Translations under genes and position numbers: made by a program | In this document: positions 7,092 through 13,984 of the stretch, piece after piece | How the letters are laid out: each line of letters opens with the position of its first letter | How positions within the stretch are numbered: the first letter of the stretch is position 1 | Source: a virus | Taxonomy: Duplodnaviria > Heunggongvirae > Uroviricota > Caudoviricetes | Length of the DNA: 15,362 bases | Virus record (IMG/VR): IMGVR_UViG_2721755498_000003 | Direction: 5' to 3' (one strand) | Notes under the pieces: generated by a model | The model's database searches: none | What the model was told of the DNA's origin: nothing | Seen by the model: the letters and a program-made list of their open reading frames with translations, nothing else

Positions 7092-8037
7092 ACGCCCACT
7101 GGTTATAAACACGCAGCTGGCAATGAAAATTGGCTTAAACGAAGCCATTGTTTTGCAACAACTGCACTACTGGTTGAGAGATACCAACTCCGGCATGGAA
7201 TGTGATGGTGTTCGCTGGATTTATAACACAACGGAACAATGGCTGGAACAGTTCCCATTCTGGTCAGAGTCAACGTTAAAGCGCGCGTTTGCAAGTCTGA
7301 AAACGCTGGGGCTTTTGCGTTGTGAAAAGCTCAATAAATCAAAGCGCGATATGACCAATTTCTACACGATCAACTATGGGAGCGAGCTTTTAGATGGTGG
7401 CAAATTGAGCGAATCCATCGGTTCAAAATGCGCCGCTCCATCAGGTCAAAATGACACGATGGAAGAGGTCAAAATGAAACGCTCCATTGGTTCAAAACGA
7501 CCCAATGTCATCGGGTCAAAATGGCCTGATGATCTTACAGAGAATACAACAGAGATTACTACAGAGAATAAAAACACTTTTCGTCCGGAAGCTTCGCAAC
7601 CGGACCCGCAGACGACTGAACAGGATTCTTTAACCCGGAACTCCGACGCGGTTGTGTTTAGTGCGAAAAAACGCCAGTGGGGTAGCAGGGAGGATTTGGC
7701 GTGTGCGCAGTGGATCTGGGGGCGGATCGTGGGTCTCTACGAACAGGCAGCCAGTGATGATGGCGAGATCATGCGACCAAAAGAGCCTAACTGGACTGCC
7801 TGGGCCAATGACGTGCGCACAATGCGGATGCTGGATGGCAGAAGCCACAGACAAATTTGCGAAATGTTTGGTCGGGTTCAGCGAGATCCATTCTGGGTAA
7901 AAAACATCATGAGCCCGTCAAAGCTCCGCGAAAAATGGGACGAACTGGTCATCCGCCTGGGACGTTCACCTGTACAGCGTTGTGTTAATCATATTTCTGA
8001 ACCGGATACAGAAATTCCGTCTGGTTTCAGAGGATAA
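7072..8037 (+). CDS. Replication initiator, lambda O-like (origin-binding) protein
   Basis: Start taken at ATG 7072 (MSLLFAERPLVINTQLAMKIGLNEAIVLQQLHYWL...); the six-frame ORF uses an upstream TTG at 7018. Tandem iterons lie inside the coding sequence and give a repeated SIGSK/IGSK peptide motif, as in lambda O, where ori sits inside the gene. Located after the cro/cII-like genes. Confidence 0.7.
   Translation: MSLLFAERPLVINTQLAMKIGLNEAIVLQQLHYWLRDTNSGMECDGVRWIYNTTEQWLEQFPFWSESTLKRAFASLKTLGLLRCEKLNKSKRDMTNFYTINYGSELLDGGKLSESIGSKCAAPSGQNDTMEEVKMKRSIGSKRPNVIGSKWPDDLTENTTEITTENKNTFRPEASQPDPQTTEQDSLTRNSDAVVFSAKKRQWGSREDLACAQWIWGRIVGLYEQAASDDGEIMRPKEPNWTAWANDVRTMRMLDGRSHRQICEMFGRVQRDPFWVKNIMSPSKLREKWDELVIRLGRSPVQRCVNHISEPDTEIPSGFRG
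7417..7573. repeat. Putative phage origin of replication: five iterons plus AT-rich tandem repeats
   Basis: GGT(T)CAAAA(T/C)G cores start at 7420, 7444, 7467, 7489 and 7514 (spacing 22-25 bp), each with internal dyad symmetry (e.g. GTCAAAATGAC). They are followed by three 12-bp-period repeats ACAGAGA(A/T)TA at 7537, 7549 and 7561 in an AT-rich stretch, consistent with a DNA-unwinding element. Confidence 0.7.
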
Positions 8038-8077
8038 GTGTTGATTTCAGGTCATGAGGTAATTTTAAGGGGGACTT

Positions 8078-8500
8078 GTGGCAAAAGTTTTTACACAAGA
8101 AGAGCGGGAAAAAATTAAATGGCAGGTGGTGGAACTCGTGCGCCAGAGCGGCCGTGAGACGTTACGGCAACTGGAAGCTAAAACAGGTGCGACTAGATAT
8201 CTGATGAGCGTTCTTGCCAGAGAGCTGGTAGCCAGTGGCGATGTATACAACTCCGGCTACGGGTTATTCCCCTCTGAACAGGCGCGTAAGGACTGGCAAA
8301 ACGCCCGCAAAAAACTCTCGAGGGCAAAGGTGAAGAAACCTGCTGTGGTTGATCCGGACCTTATCTGGTCATCACCTGACGGAGAAATACGTCGCTACGA
8401 CAGTCGCCTAAACATAATCTGTCGCGAGTGCCGGAAGAGCGAAGTTATGCAGCGCATACTGGCTTTCTATCAGGGTAATTTTCAGGACGTGGCGCAGTGA
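8078..8500 (+). CDS. Hypothetical phage protein (140 aa), possible winged-helix DNA-binding protein
   Basis: GTG start at 8078 with a strong RBS (TAAGGGGGA) 4 nt upstream. Its stop overlaps the start of the next ORF in a GTGA arrangement. No motif I can assign with confidence. Confidence 0.6.
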   Translation: MAKVFTQEEREKIKWQVVELVRQSGRETLRQLEAKTGATRYLMSVLARELVASGDVYNSGYGLFPSEQARKDWQNARKKLSRAKVKKPAVVDPDLIWSSPDGEIRRYDSRLNIICRECRKSEVMQRILAFYQGNFQDVAQ

Positions 8501-8853
8501 GTGCACCGGCAACCATTCTTGATATGTGCTGTGGCAGCCGCATGTTCTGGTTCGATAAGTCTGACAAACGGGCGATATTCAGCGATATCAGAAAAGAAGG
8601 ATACACATTACGCAATGGGAGACGCTTGATTATCAGCCCTGACATTATCGCAGATTTTCGTGCATTATCATTTGCAGACGCATCTTTTTCGATGGTTGTA
8701 TTAGACCCTCCGCATCTTGAGCGTGTTGGTGATAACGCCTGGATGGGAAAGAAATATGGACGGCTGAATAAAGATGCCTGGCGTGATGATTTGCGACAGA
8801 GATTTAAAGAAGCTTTTCGGGTGTTGAGGCCGCACGGCGTTCTGATTTTTTAA
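8497..8853 (+). pseudogene. Beta-class N6A/N4C DNA methyltransferase, N-terminal fragment (3'-truncated)
   Basis: FSMVVLDPPHLERVGDNAW...RFKEAFRVLRPHGVLIF matches the beta-class layout (hydrophobic run, DPPY-type motif, then RVLKPGG-type motif), with His replacing the usual aromatic residue. The ORF stops 3 codons after that motif. No FxGxG AdoMet-binding region follows in any frame. Confidence 0.5.
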
Positions 8854-9115
8854 TGGAATGAAACGCAAATACCGGTAAGCCAGATTCTGGCACTGACAGA
8901 TAGAAAGCCTGTTATCTGTCAACGAACAGGGAAAAAACGATAAAACCCACTGGATTATTTTTATGAAAGAGGCATCCAGTGAGTAGATTCGTAAGGTTAC
9001 AGATACGTATATCTGAATAATTAAATTCAGTTCTGTAAATAAAACTTAATCCTTAACCGGATGGATTTCTGCACCCTCAGAACATCAGGAGGCCGCCCGA
9101 AAGGGCGGTAGTGAA

Positions 9116-9757
9116 ATGCGAAAGTTCAAAATTATTATTGAAACGGAAATAGCTGGTGGAGATTTTGAGGATGTATTCGAAGTGGACGATAACGCAACAC
9201 CTGATGAAATTCATGACGGAGCATAAGAAATTTTCTTTAACTACTGCAATTACTCATACCACGAAATAAAAGACGATGAGGAAGAACAAAGTGGCTGATT
9301 TTTGTTCAGCTAAATATAACATCAGTTTTGAAGAGCGGGATGAACTATTAATGGACTATGGTGAATTACGCGGTGGAAGTGCTGCTGATGTCGAATCCTA
9401 GCGTGATGACTATGAAGCGGGAAAAACTCCGGTCGAAGCATATTGTGATGAGTGGGGCGATGAATGAGCGAGATTAATTATCAGGAAGGGCATGAAACGG
9501 CGGGGCAAGCAAAACCAGTGGCATGGCGATATCGCTACGTGAAAAAAGCGTTACGGACTTTCAGGGGAAGTAGTGGTCTGGTGACTGGAAATATGTACCG
9601 AAAAAAGAGGATTGTAACGACAGGCCGAACTATCAAATTCAGGCCTTATTCACTGCCTCACCAGTCCCGGTTACATCAGAAGAACTGGTTAAAGCTGTGC
9701 ACTTTTATGAACAACTAAAACGCGAAAATCCACCAACATCCGGCAACTAGATTAATG
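9116..9757 (+). pseudogene. Frameshifted/interrupted remnants of small acidic phage ORFs
   Basis: Protein-like reading frames are split by stops and frame changes: 9116-9226 (MRKFKIIIETEIAGGDFEDVFEVDDNATPDEIHDGA), an in-frame continuation to 9298, 9276-9401, 9464-9718, and a +1 frame reading ...DWKYVPKKEDCNDRPNYQIQALFTASPVPVTSEELVKAVHFYEQLKRENPPTSGN ending at 9750. Confidence 0.3.
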
Positions 9758-10004
9758 GATTAACTATGTCGGTTAAACGACCAGCCAACTGAAAAAGCGG
9801 AAACCTGATTACAGGTTGCCAGATAAGGCAATGAGCTACCTGGCGCGGAACGGACTGATAAGTATGGGGAATGTTTTACGATGAACCTTTAGACTAAAGA
9901 GTTTGTAACGCTATGTAAGTGATTTTTTCTGGTTTAGATGTTTATATGTCCGGCCAAATTGAGGTGTGTTTAAATGTAATTGCACATTGATTGTAGGAGG
10001 AATA

Positions 10005-10184
10005 ATGAAAAACGCATTGCAGTTTTTGTTTGTTGCGTTCTGGTTGTTCGCATCATGTATGCCCATCATCTTCACAGCAAGGTATATGGAAAAAGTTGAT
10101 GTTTTGATATTAATATTTGGATATATAAATGCCCTTTTTTTAGGGGTGTTCATGGCGGTCATGTGCATTGAATACTGGCGGTAA
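10005..10184 (+). CDS. Small hydrophobic membrane protein (59 aa, two predicted TM segments)
   Basis: Start at ATG 10005 with a strong RBS (TAGGAGG) 4 nt upstream. Translation MKNALQFLFVAFWLFASCMPIIFTARYMEKVDVLILIFGYINALFLGVFMAVMCIEYWR. AT-rich codon usage unlike the flanking phage genes. Confidence 0.45.
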   Translation: MKNALQFLFVAFWLFASCMPIIFTARYMEKVDVLILIFGYINALFLGVFMAVMCIEYWR

Positions 10185-10518
10185 ATACAGCGAACTCCAT
10201 TGGTTTAGTTGGATATTTACTGTGCTGGACAAAAACGGTTTGCGGGGAAATCTTAGTTAAGTAGAATGACTGCGGGTGCTTGAGGCTATCTGCCTCGGGC
10301 ATGGACACCAACGGCAGATAGAGAAAAGCCCCAGTTAACATTACGCGTCCTGCAAGACGCTTAACATTAATCTGAGGCCAATTTCATGCTAGACACATGT
10401 AGGTTAGCCTCTTACGTGCCGAAAGGCACGGAGAAGCAGGCTATTGTTAACACCAAGCTGTAATGTCCCCTTTGAACCATTCTAAAATGTCCCCAGACAA
10501 TTCTCTGGGGGATTTTTC

Positions 10519-11859
10519 ATGATCAAAGAGACTGTTACGATGAGTCATAAGGAACTCCACCGACTTCAGATTATTCAGGAGTCAATTAATCGACATATTA
10601 CTCAGGAACAAGCTGCGGCACGCATTGGCATTTCTATTCGGCAGGTTAAACGTCTGGTGCAACGGTATAGAAATGAAGGGCCTTCTGGTCTGGTTTCCCA
10701 CCGACGTGGAAAGCGTCCTAATAATTCCTTTTCTACTGAATTCAGAGCAACAGTAATTTCACTCCTCAAAGGCCGTTACGCTGATTTTGGACCTACGTTT
10801 GCGTGCGAAAAATTGCGCGAGATACACGGTTTATCTTTATCCGTTGAAACTCTCAGAAAGTGGATGATAGAAGAGGGGTTATGGCGTGAACGCCGTCGTA
10901 AAATTGCCCGTATATATCAACGCCGCATGCGACGACCATCTTACGGTGAACTGATCCAGATTGATGGCTCACCTCATGACTGGTTTGAAAATCGAGGCCC
11001 CAGATGTACACTGATCGTTTTCATTGATGATGCCACCAGTGCGTTGATGGCGTTGCGTTTTGTGCCTGCTGAAACAACCCGGGCTTACATGGAAACCCTC
11101 CGGGGTTACCTTAATGATCATGGCGTACCGCTCGCTCTCTACTCTGATAGACACAGTATATTCAGGGTAAATAACCCAGAGCGGGAAGGTGAGCTGACCC
11201 AGTTCACTCGTGCGATAAAGACACTGGGCATCGAGCCAATCCATGCCAACAGCCCGCAGGCAAAAGGGCGGGTAGAGCGCGCCAATCAGACACTACAGGA
11301 CAGGCTGGTCAAAGAAATGCGGCTTCAGAATATCAGTGATATTGAAACAGCAAATGCATGGTTGCCGACCTTTATTGAAGCCTATAACAACCGGTTCGCT
11401 ACGTCGCCTCGTACTACTGATAATGCTCATCTTGATGTGCACCATTCTGAAGAGGAACTGGGTTATATCTTCAGCCTACAGGCGAAGCGCGTTCTGTCTA
11501 AAAATCTCACTTTCCAGTACAAAAGCAGTGCGTTTCAGGTACGCAGTGAGAGCCGGGGATATCGACTTAGGCATTCGGTTGTTACTGTATGCGAGAACTT
11601 TGACGGTGAAATTAACGTTCTGTATGACGGGAAAGCGCTGGGCTGGGAAAAGTATGTTGATGGCCCGGAGCCTATACCACTGGATGATGAAAAGAGTGTC
11701 CATGAACGAGTGGATAATGCCCGTATTGATTTACGCTCAAAATACTATGTTAAACCTAAAGCTGACCATCCCTGGCTTACGCGCCGAACGCAAAGTCATC
11801 AGCAAGTTAAGCCCCCGAAGTTACCTAAAAAGAAGCCTGATCCCGATAAAAAAGATTGA
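10519..11859 (+). CDS. DDE transposase with N-terminal HTH and rve-type integrase core (single-ORF IS, ISNCY/IS1202-like)
   Basis: 446-aa ORF with RBS GGGGGA 7 nt upstream. HTH region QEQAAARIGISIRQVKRLV. Catalytic triad candidates: D in IQIDGSPHDW, D in LYSDRHSIF, E in KGRVERANQTLQ. Basic Lys/Pro-rich C-terminal tail. Family assignment is from memory, not a search. Confidence 0.85.
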   Translation: MIKETVTMSHKELHRLQIIQESINRHITQEQAAARIGISIRQVKRLVQRYRNEGPSGLVSHRRGKRPNNSFSTEFRATVISLLKGRYADFGPTFACEKLREIHGLSLSVETLRKWMIEEGLWRERRRKIARIYQRRMRRPSYGELIQIDGSPHDWFENRGPRCTLIVFIDDATSALMALRFVPAETTRAYMETLRGYLNDHGVPLALYSDRHSIFRVNNPEREGELTQFTRAIKTLGIEPIHANSPQAKGRVERANQTLQDRLVKEMRLQNISDIETANAWLPTFIEAYNNRFATSPRTTDNAHLDVHHSEEELGYIFSLQAKRVLSKNLTFQYKSSAFQVRSESRGYRLRHSVVTVCENFDGEINVLYDGKALGWEKYVDGPEPIPLDDEKSVHERVDNARIDLRSKYYVKPKADHPWLTRRTQSHQQVKPPKLPKKKPDPDKKD

Positions 11860-11913
11860 AACCAAGATCGATTCGGTTGAGTGCATATCCATTCATAGGG
11901 TAGATTCTTAAGT

Positions 11914-11979
11914 CGCGTTTCTGGTGTTCATTTTCGGGTGGTTTGTTACTTGTTTTACCGGGGATATGCCAGAAACGCG
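11914..11979. repeat. Perfect 11-bp inverted repeat (CGCGTTTCTGG ... CCAGAAACGCG) with 44-nt loop
   Basis: Arms at 11914-11924 and 11969-11979, 55 nt downstream of the transposase stop. The loop contains the alternative right-end candidate. Confidence 0.6.
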
Positions 11980-12254
11980 CTGAGTCAGTCTGGGCGGTGC
12001 GCGTAATGAGGCGTTATGGTAAATAGCCTATGCTAATGTCCGCTAAGAGCAAGAAGCGGAAGTTGGCATTTTTGTGGACTGTCCCCACAAAAGTGACTAC
12101 AGAAATAGTTGCAATTCATAATTGATCATGGGTTGTCAGTTAAACTCGTGGCGATTTAAATAGACTAATTGGGAGTGCGTCCATTACTTATATCTTGTAA
12201 TGTTAACTATCAGAAATGATACAAAGATAATATGTCTTTAAAGAAAAGGCTGAT

Positions 12255-12281
12255 GGCGAAAAGTGGCCCGATGAGGGCCAC
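12255..12281 (-). terminator. Probable intrinsic terminator of flxA
   Basis: Minus-strand hairpin GTGGCCC-TCATC-GGGCCAC followed by TTTTCG, immediately after the flxA stop. Confidence 0.45.
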
Positions 12282-12295
12282 AATACGGCTGTCAC

Positions 12296-12628
12296 TTAGA
12301 CGTAAATATCAATGGTGCCAGCGGTATTTGTATCGTCTTTTTTCTCTTCTTTTTTATCAGGCTGAACTGTCGCGTCTTCATTCTTTTTCTCTGCCTGCTG
12401 CCTTAACAACTGCTCCAGTTGAGCCCAGAGGCTTTCAATTTGCTTCTGTACCAATGCAGCCATTTCTTTTTTCTGCTGTGTCGTCATCCCCTCTTCCGAT
12501 GAGATTTTCCCAAGCTTTTCAGTCAGCACCTGAATTTGTCTTGTGATTTTGGCTATTTCTGATGTTCCTTCCGGGGCGGAGTTGTTTGAAATAACGGTTG
12601 AGGTATTTCCCTGAATTGTGACAGACAT
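12296..12628 (-). CDS. flxA: FlxA-like protein (FliA/sigma-28-regulated, Gln/Lys-rich coiled-coil-like)
   Basis: 110-aa ORF (MSVTIQGNTSTVISNNSAPEGTSEIAKITRQIQVLTEKL...) with AAGGAG RBS and a canonical sigma-28 promoter immediately upstream. Confidence 0.75.
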   Translation of the reverse strand: MSVTIQGNTSTVISNNSAPEGTSEIAKITRQIQVLTEKLGKISSEEGMTTQQKKEMAALVQKQIESLWAQLEQLLRQQAEKKNEDATVQPDKKEEKKDDTNTAGTIDIYV

Positions 12629-12651
12629 AGATTTCTCCTTTTAAAAAAGCA

Positions 12652-12678
12652 CTATCGGCATGAACAAAAAAATCTTTA
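12652..12678 (-). promoter_or_regulatory. Sigma-28 (FliA) promoter for flxA
   Basis: Minus-strand TAAA-N15-GCCGATAG (consensus TAAA-N15-GCCGATAA). -35 TAAA is the complement of 12675-12678; -10 is the complement of 12652-12659; spacer exactly 15 nt; about 24 nt before the flxA ATG. Confidence 0.7.
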
Positions 12679-12830
12679 ATCGTATTTCTTGTGTCATTAA
12701 TTGTTTGATGTTCAGATTGTTTTCCTCGCGGGCTGGCGCGCCTCAGAAAGTAAAGCTTGTTGACAGGGGTAAACGTTCGGCAATAATTTTCTGCCGCATG
12801 CGGGTGTTGCATAAAACGTGTTACGTTCCT

Positions 12831-13136
12831 TTATCGACAGGTCAGGTCACCGCTCACCCGCCGACGAGAAAGCAACACTGACATGCTAAAGCAAAAAATA
12901 GATGAATAAGTTGAGTTGTGCATATGTAGCCTGACCGTCACAAAGTATATGGTGTCTGTACCAGTAAGATGATGGCCGGACTCTTTAAAAACGAGCTGAC
13001 CTGCACAATACAGGATGGACTTAGCAATGGCTGCTCCTGGCAGAAAGCGGACAGTGATCACCGTTCTTACGACTACTTTCTGACTTCCTTCGTGACTTGC
13101 CCTAAGCATGTTGTAGTGCGATACTTGTAATGACAT
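12831..13136 (-). CDS. YdfV-like hypothetical ORF (101 aa), doubtful
   Basis: 101-aa ORF between flxA and relB, matching the size and position of the ydfV annotation in Qin. No clear RBS; its 5' end overlaps the relB promoter; composition is not convincingly protein-like. Confidence 0.3.
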   Translation of the reverse strand: MSLQVSHYNMLRASHEGSQKVVVRTVITVRFLPGAAIAKSILYCAGQLVFKESGHHLTGTDTIYFVTVRLHMHNSTYSSIFCFSMSVLLSRRRVSGDLTCR

Positions 13137-13148
13137 TTGTAATTACAA
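13097..13148 (+). promoter_or_regulatory. relBE promoter and relO operator
   Basis: -35 TTGCCC (13097-13102), 17-nt spacer, -10 GATACT (13120-13125). Repeated TTGTAAT hexads including the perfect palindrome TTGTAATTACAA (13137-13148), just upstream of the relB RBS AGAGGTG. Confidence 0.7.
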
Positions 13149-13160
13149 GAGGTGTAAGAC

Positions 13161-13400
13161 ATGGGTAGCATTAACCTGCGTATTGACGATGAACTTAAAG
13201 CGCGTTCTTACGCCGCGCTTGAAAAAATGGGTGTAACTCCTTCTGAAGCGCTTCGTCTCATGCTCGAGTATATCGCTGACAATGAACGCTTGCCGTTCAA
13301 ACAGACACTCCTGAGTGATGAAGATGCTGAACTTGTGGAGATAGTGAAAGAACGGCTTCGTAATCCTAAGCCAGTACGTGTGACGCTGGATGAACTCTGA
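13161..13400 (+). CDS. relB: RelB antitoxin
   Basis: 79-aa ORF MGSINLRIDDELKARSYAALEKMGVTPSEALRLMLEYIADNERLPFKQ..., recognisably RelB. Its stop overlaps the relE start in a TGATG arrangement. Confidence 0.9.
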   Translation: MGSINLRIDDELKARSYAALEKMGVTPSEALRLMLEYIADNERLPFKQTLLSDEDAELVEIVKERLRNPKPVRVTLDEL

Positions 13401-13687
13401 TGGCGTATTTTCTGGATTTTGACGAGCGGGCACTAAAGGAATGGCGAAAGCTGGGCTCGACGGTACGTGAACAGTTGAAAAAGAAGCTGGTTGAAGTACT
13501 TGAGTCACCCCGGATTGAAGCAAACAAGCTCCGTGGTATGCCTGATTGTTACAAGATTAAGCTCCGATCTTCAGGCTATCGCCTTGTATACCAGGTTATA
13601 GACGAGAAAGTTGTCGTTTTCGTGATTTCTGTTGGGAAAAGAGAACGCTCGGAAGTATATAGCGAGGCGGTCAAACGCATTCTCTGA
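13400..13687 (+). CDS. relE: RelE toxin (ribosome-dependent mRNA interferase)
   Basis: 95-aa ORF MAYFLDFDERALKEWRKLGSTVREQLKKKLVEVLESPRIEANKLRGMPDCYKIKLRSSGYRLVYQVIDEKVVVFVISVGKRERSEVYSEAVKRIL, recognisably RelE. Confidence 0.9.
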   Translation: MAYFLDFDERALKEWRKLGSTVREQLKKKLVEVLESPRIEANKLRGMPDCYKIKLRSSGYRLVYQVIDEKVVVFVISVGKRERSEVYSEAVKRIL

Positions 13688-13758
13688 ACCAAAGCATGAC
13701 ATCTCTGTTTCGCACCGAAGGTGACACTTCTGCTTTGCGTTGACAGGAGAAGCAGGCT

Positions 13759-13914
13759 ATGAAGCAGCAAAAGGCGATGTTAATCGCCCTGATCGTCATC
13801 TGTTTAACCGTCATAGTGACGGCACTGGTAACGAGGAAAGACCTCTGCGAGGTACGAATCCGAACCGGCCAGACGGAGGTCGCTGTCTTCACAGCTTACG
13901 AACCTGAGGAGTAA
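13759..13914 (+). CDS. hokD: Hok-family small membrane toxin (HokD/RelF)
   Basis: Below the six-frame size cutoff. Hand translation gives MKQQKAMLIALIVICLTVIVTALVTRKDLCEVRIRTGQTEVAVFTAYEPEE (51 aa), with GGAG RBS 8 nt upstream. A 15-codon upstream ORF (13697-13744) ends 14 nt before the start. Confidence 0.8.
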   Translation: MKQQKAMLIALIVICLTVIVTALVTRKDLCEVRIRTGQTEVAVFTAYEPEE

Positions 13915-13984
13915 GAGACTCGGCGAGTGAGAAATCCCTCGCCACCTCTGATGTGGCAGGCATCCTCAACGCACCCGCACTTAA

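Larger units (their letters stand above)
10333..12209. mobile_element. Candidate insertion-sequence unit bounded by a perfect 12-bp inverted repeat
   Basis: AGTTAACATTAC at 10333-10344 is the exact reverse complement of GTAATGTTAACT at 12198-12209 and encloses the transposase gene; a third TTAACATTA copy is at 10361-10369. An alternative, weaker terminal pair is TGTCCCCTTTGAACC (10464-10478) versus 11952-11966 (10 of 15 matches). No target-site duplication identified. Confidence 0.35.

Noticed and set aside
6075-7294. Minus-strand ORFs overlapping dicA, dicC and the ydaT-like/O-like genes (6075..6323, 6482..6697, 6737..7027, 6921..7148, 7103..7294)
   Set aside because: Shadow frames antisense to or out of frame with better-supported genes; no RBSs.
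7417-7573. Tandem repeats considered as a possible CRISPR array
   Set aside because: Repeats are about 10-14 bp with a 22-25-bp period and imperfect; they lie inside an intact ORF and encode a repeated peptide; no cas genes or leader. They fit phage origin iterons.
9464-9718. 84-aa ORF treated as an intact gene
   Set aside because: Its C-terminal half is low-complexity (RKKRIVTTGRTIKFRPYSLPHQSRLHQK) while the +1 frame over the same nucleotides gives a much more protein-like sequence. It is more likely a frameshifted remnant.
10969-11911. ORFs inside or overlapping the transposase gene (10969..11244, 11336..11911, 11476..11703)
   Set aside because: Embedded in the 446-aa DDE transposase frame. 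The 191-aa plus-strand ORF is an out-of-frame overlap with no RBS.
12232-13136. ORFs overlapping flxA and its promoter (12232..12546, 12519..12812, 12660..12881) and the 101-aa ORF at 12831..13136
   Set aside because: The first three are shadow frames of flxA and its promoter region. The last is kept only as a low-confidence feature because it matches the ydfV position but has no RBS and overlaps the relB promoter.
13143-13892. Minus-strand ORFs antisense to relB/relE/hokD (13143..13523, 13576..13770, 13671..13892)
   Set aside because: Antisense to three well-supported genes; no RBSs. Antisense RNA regulation of hokD cannot be excluded, but these are not protein-coding candidates.
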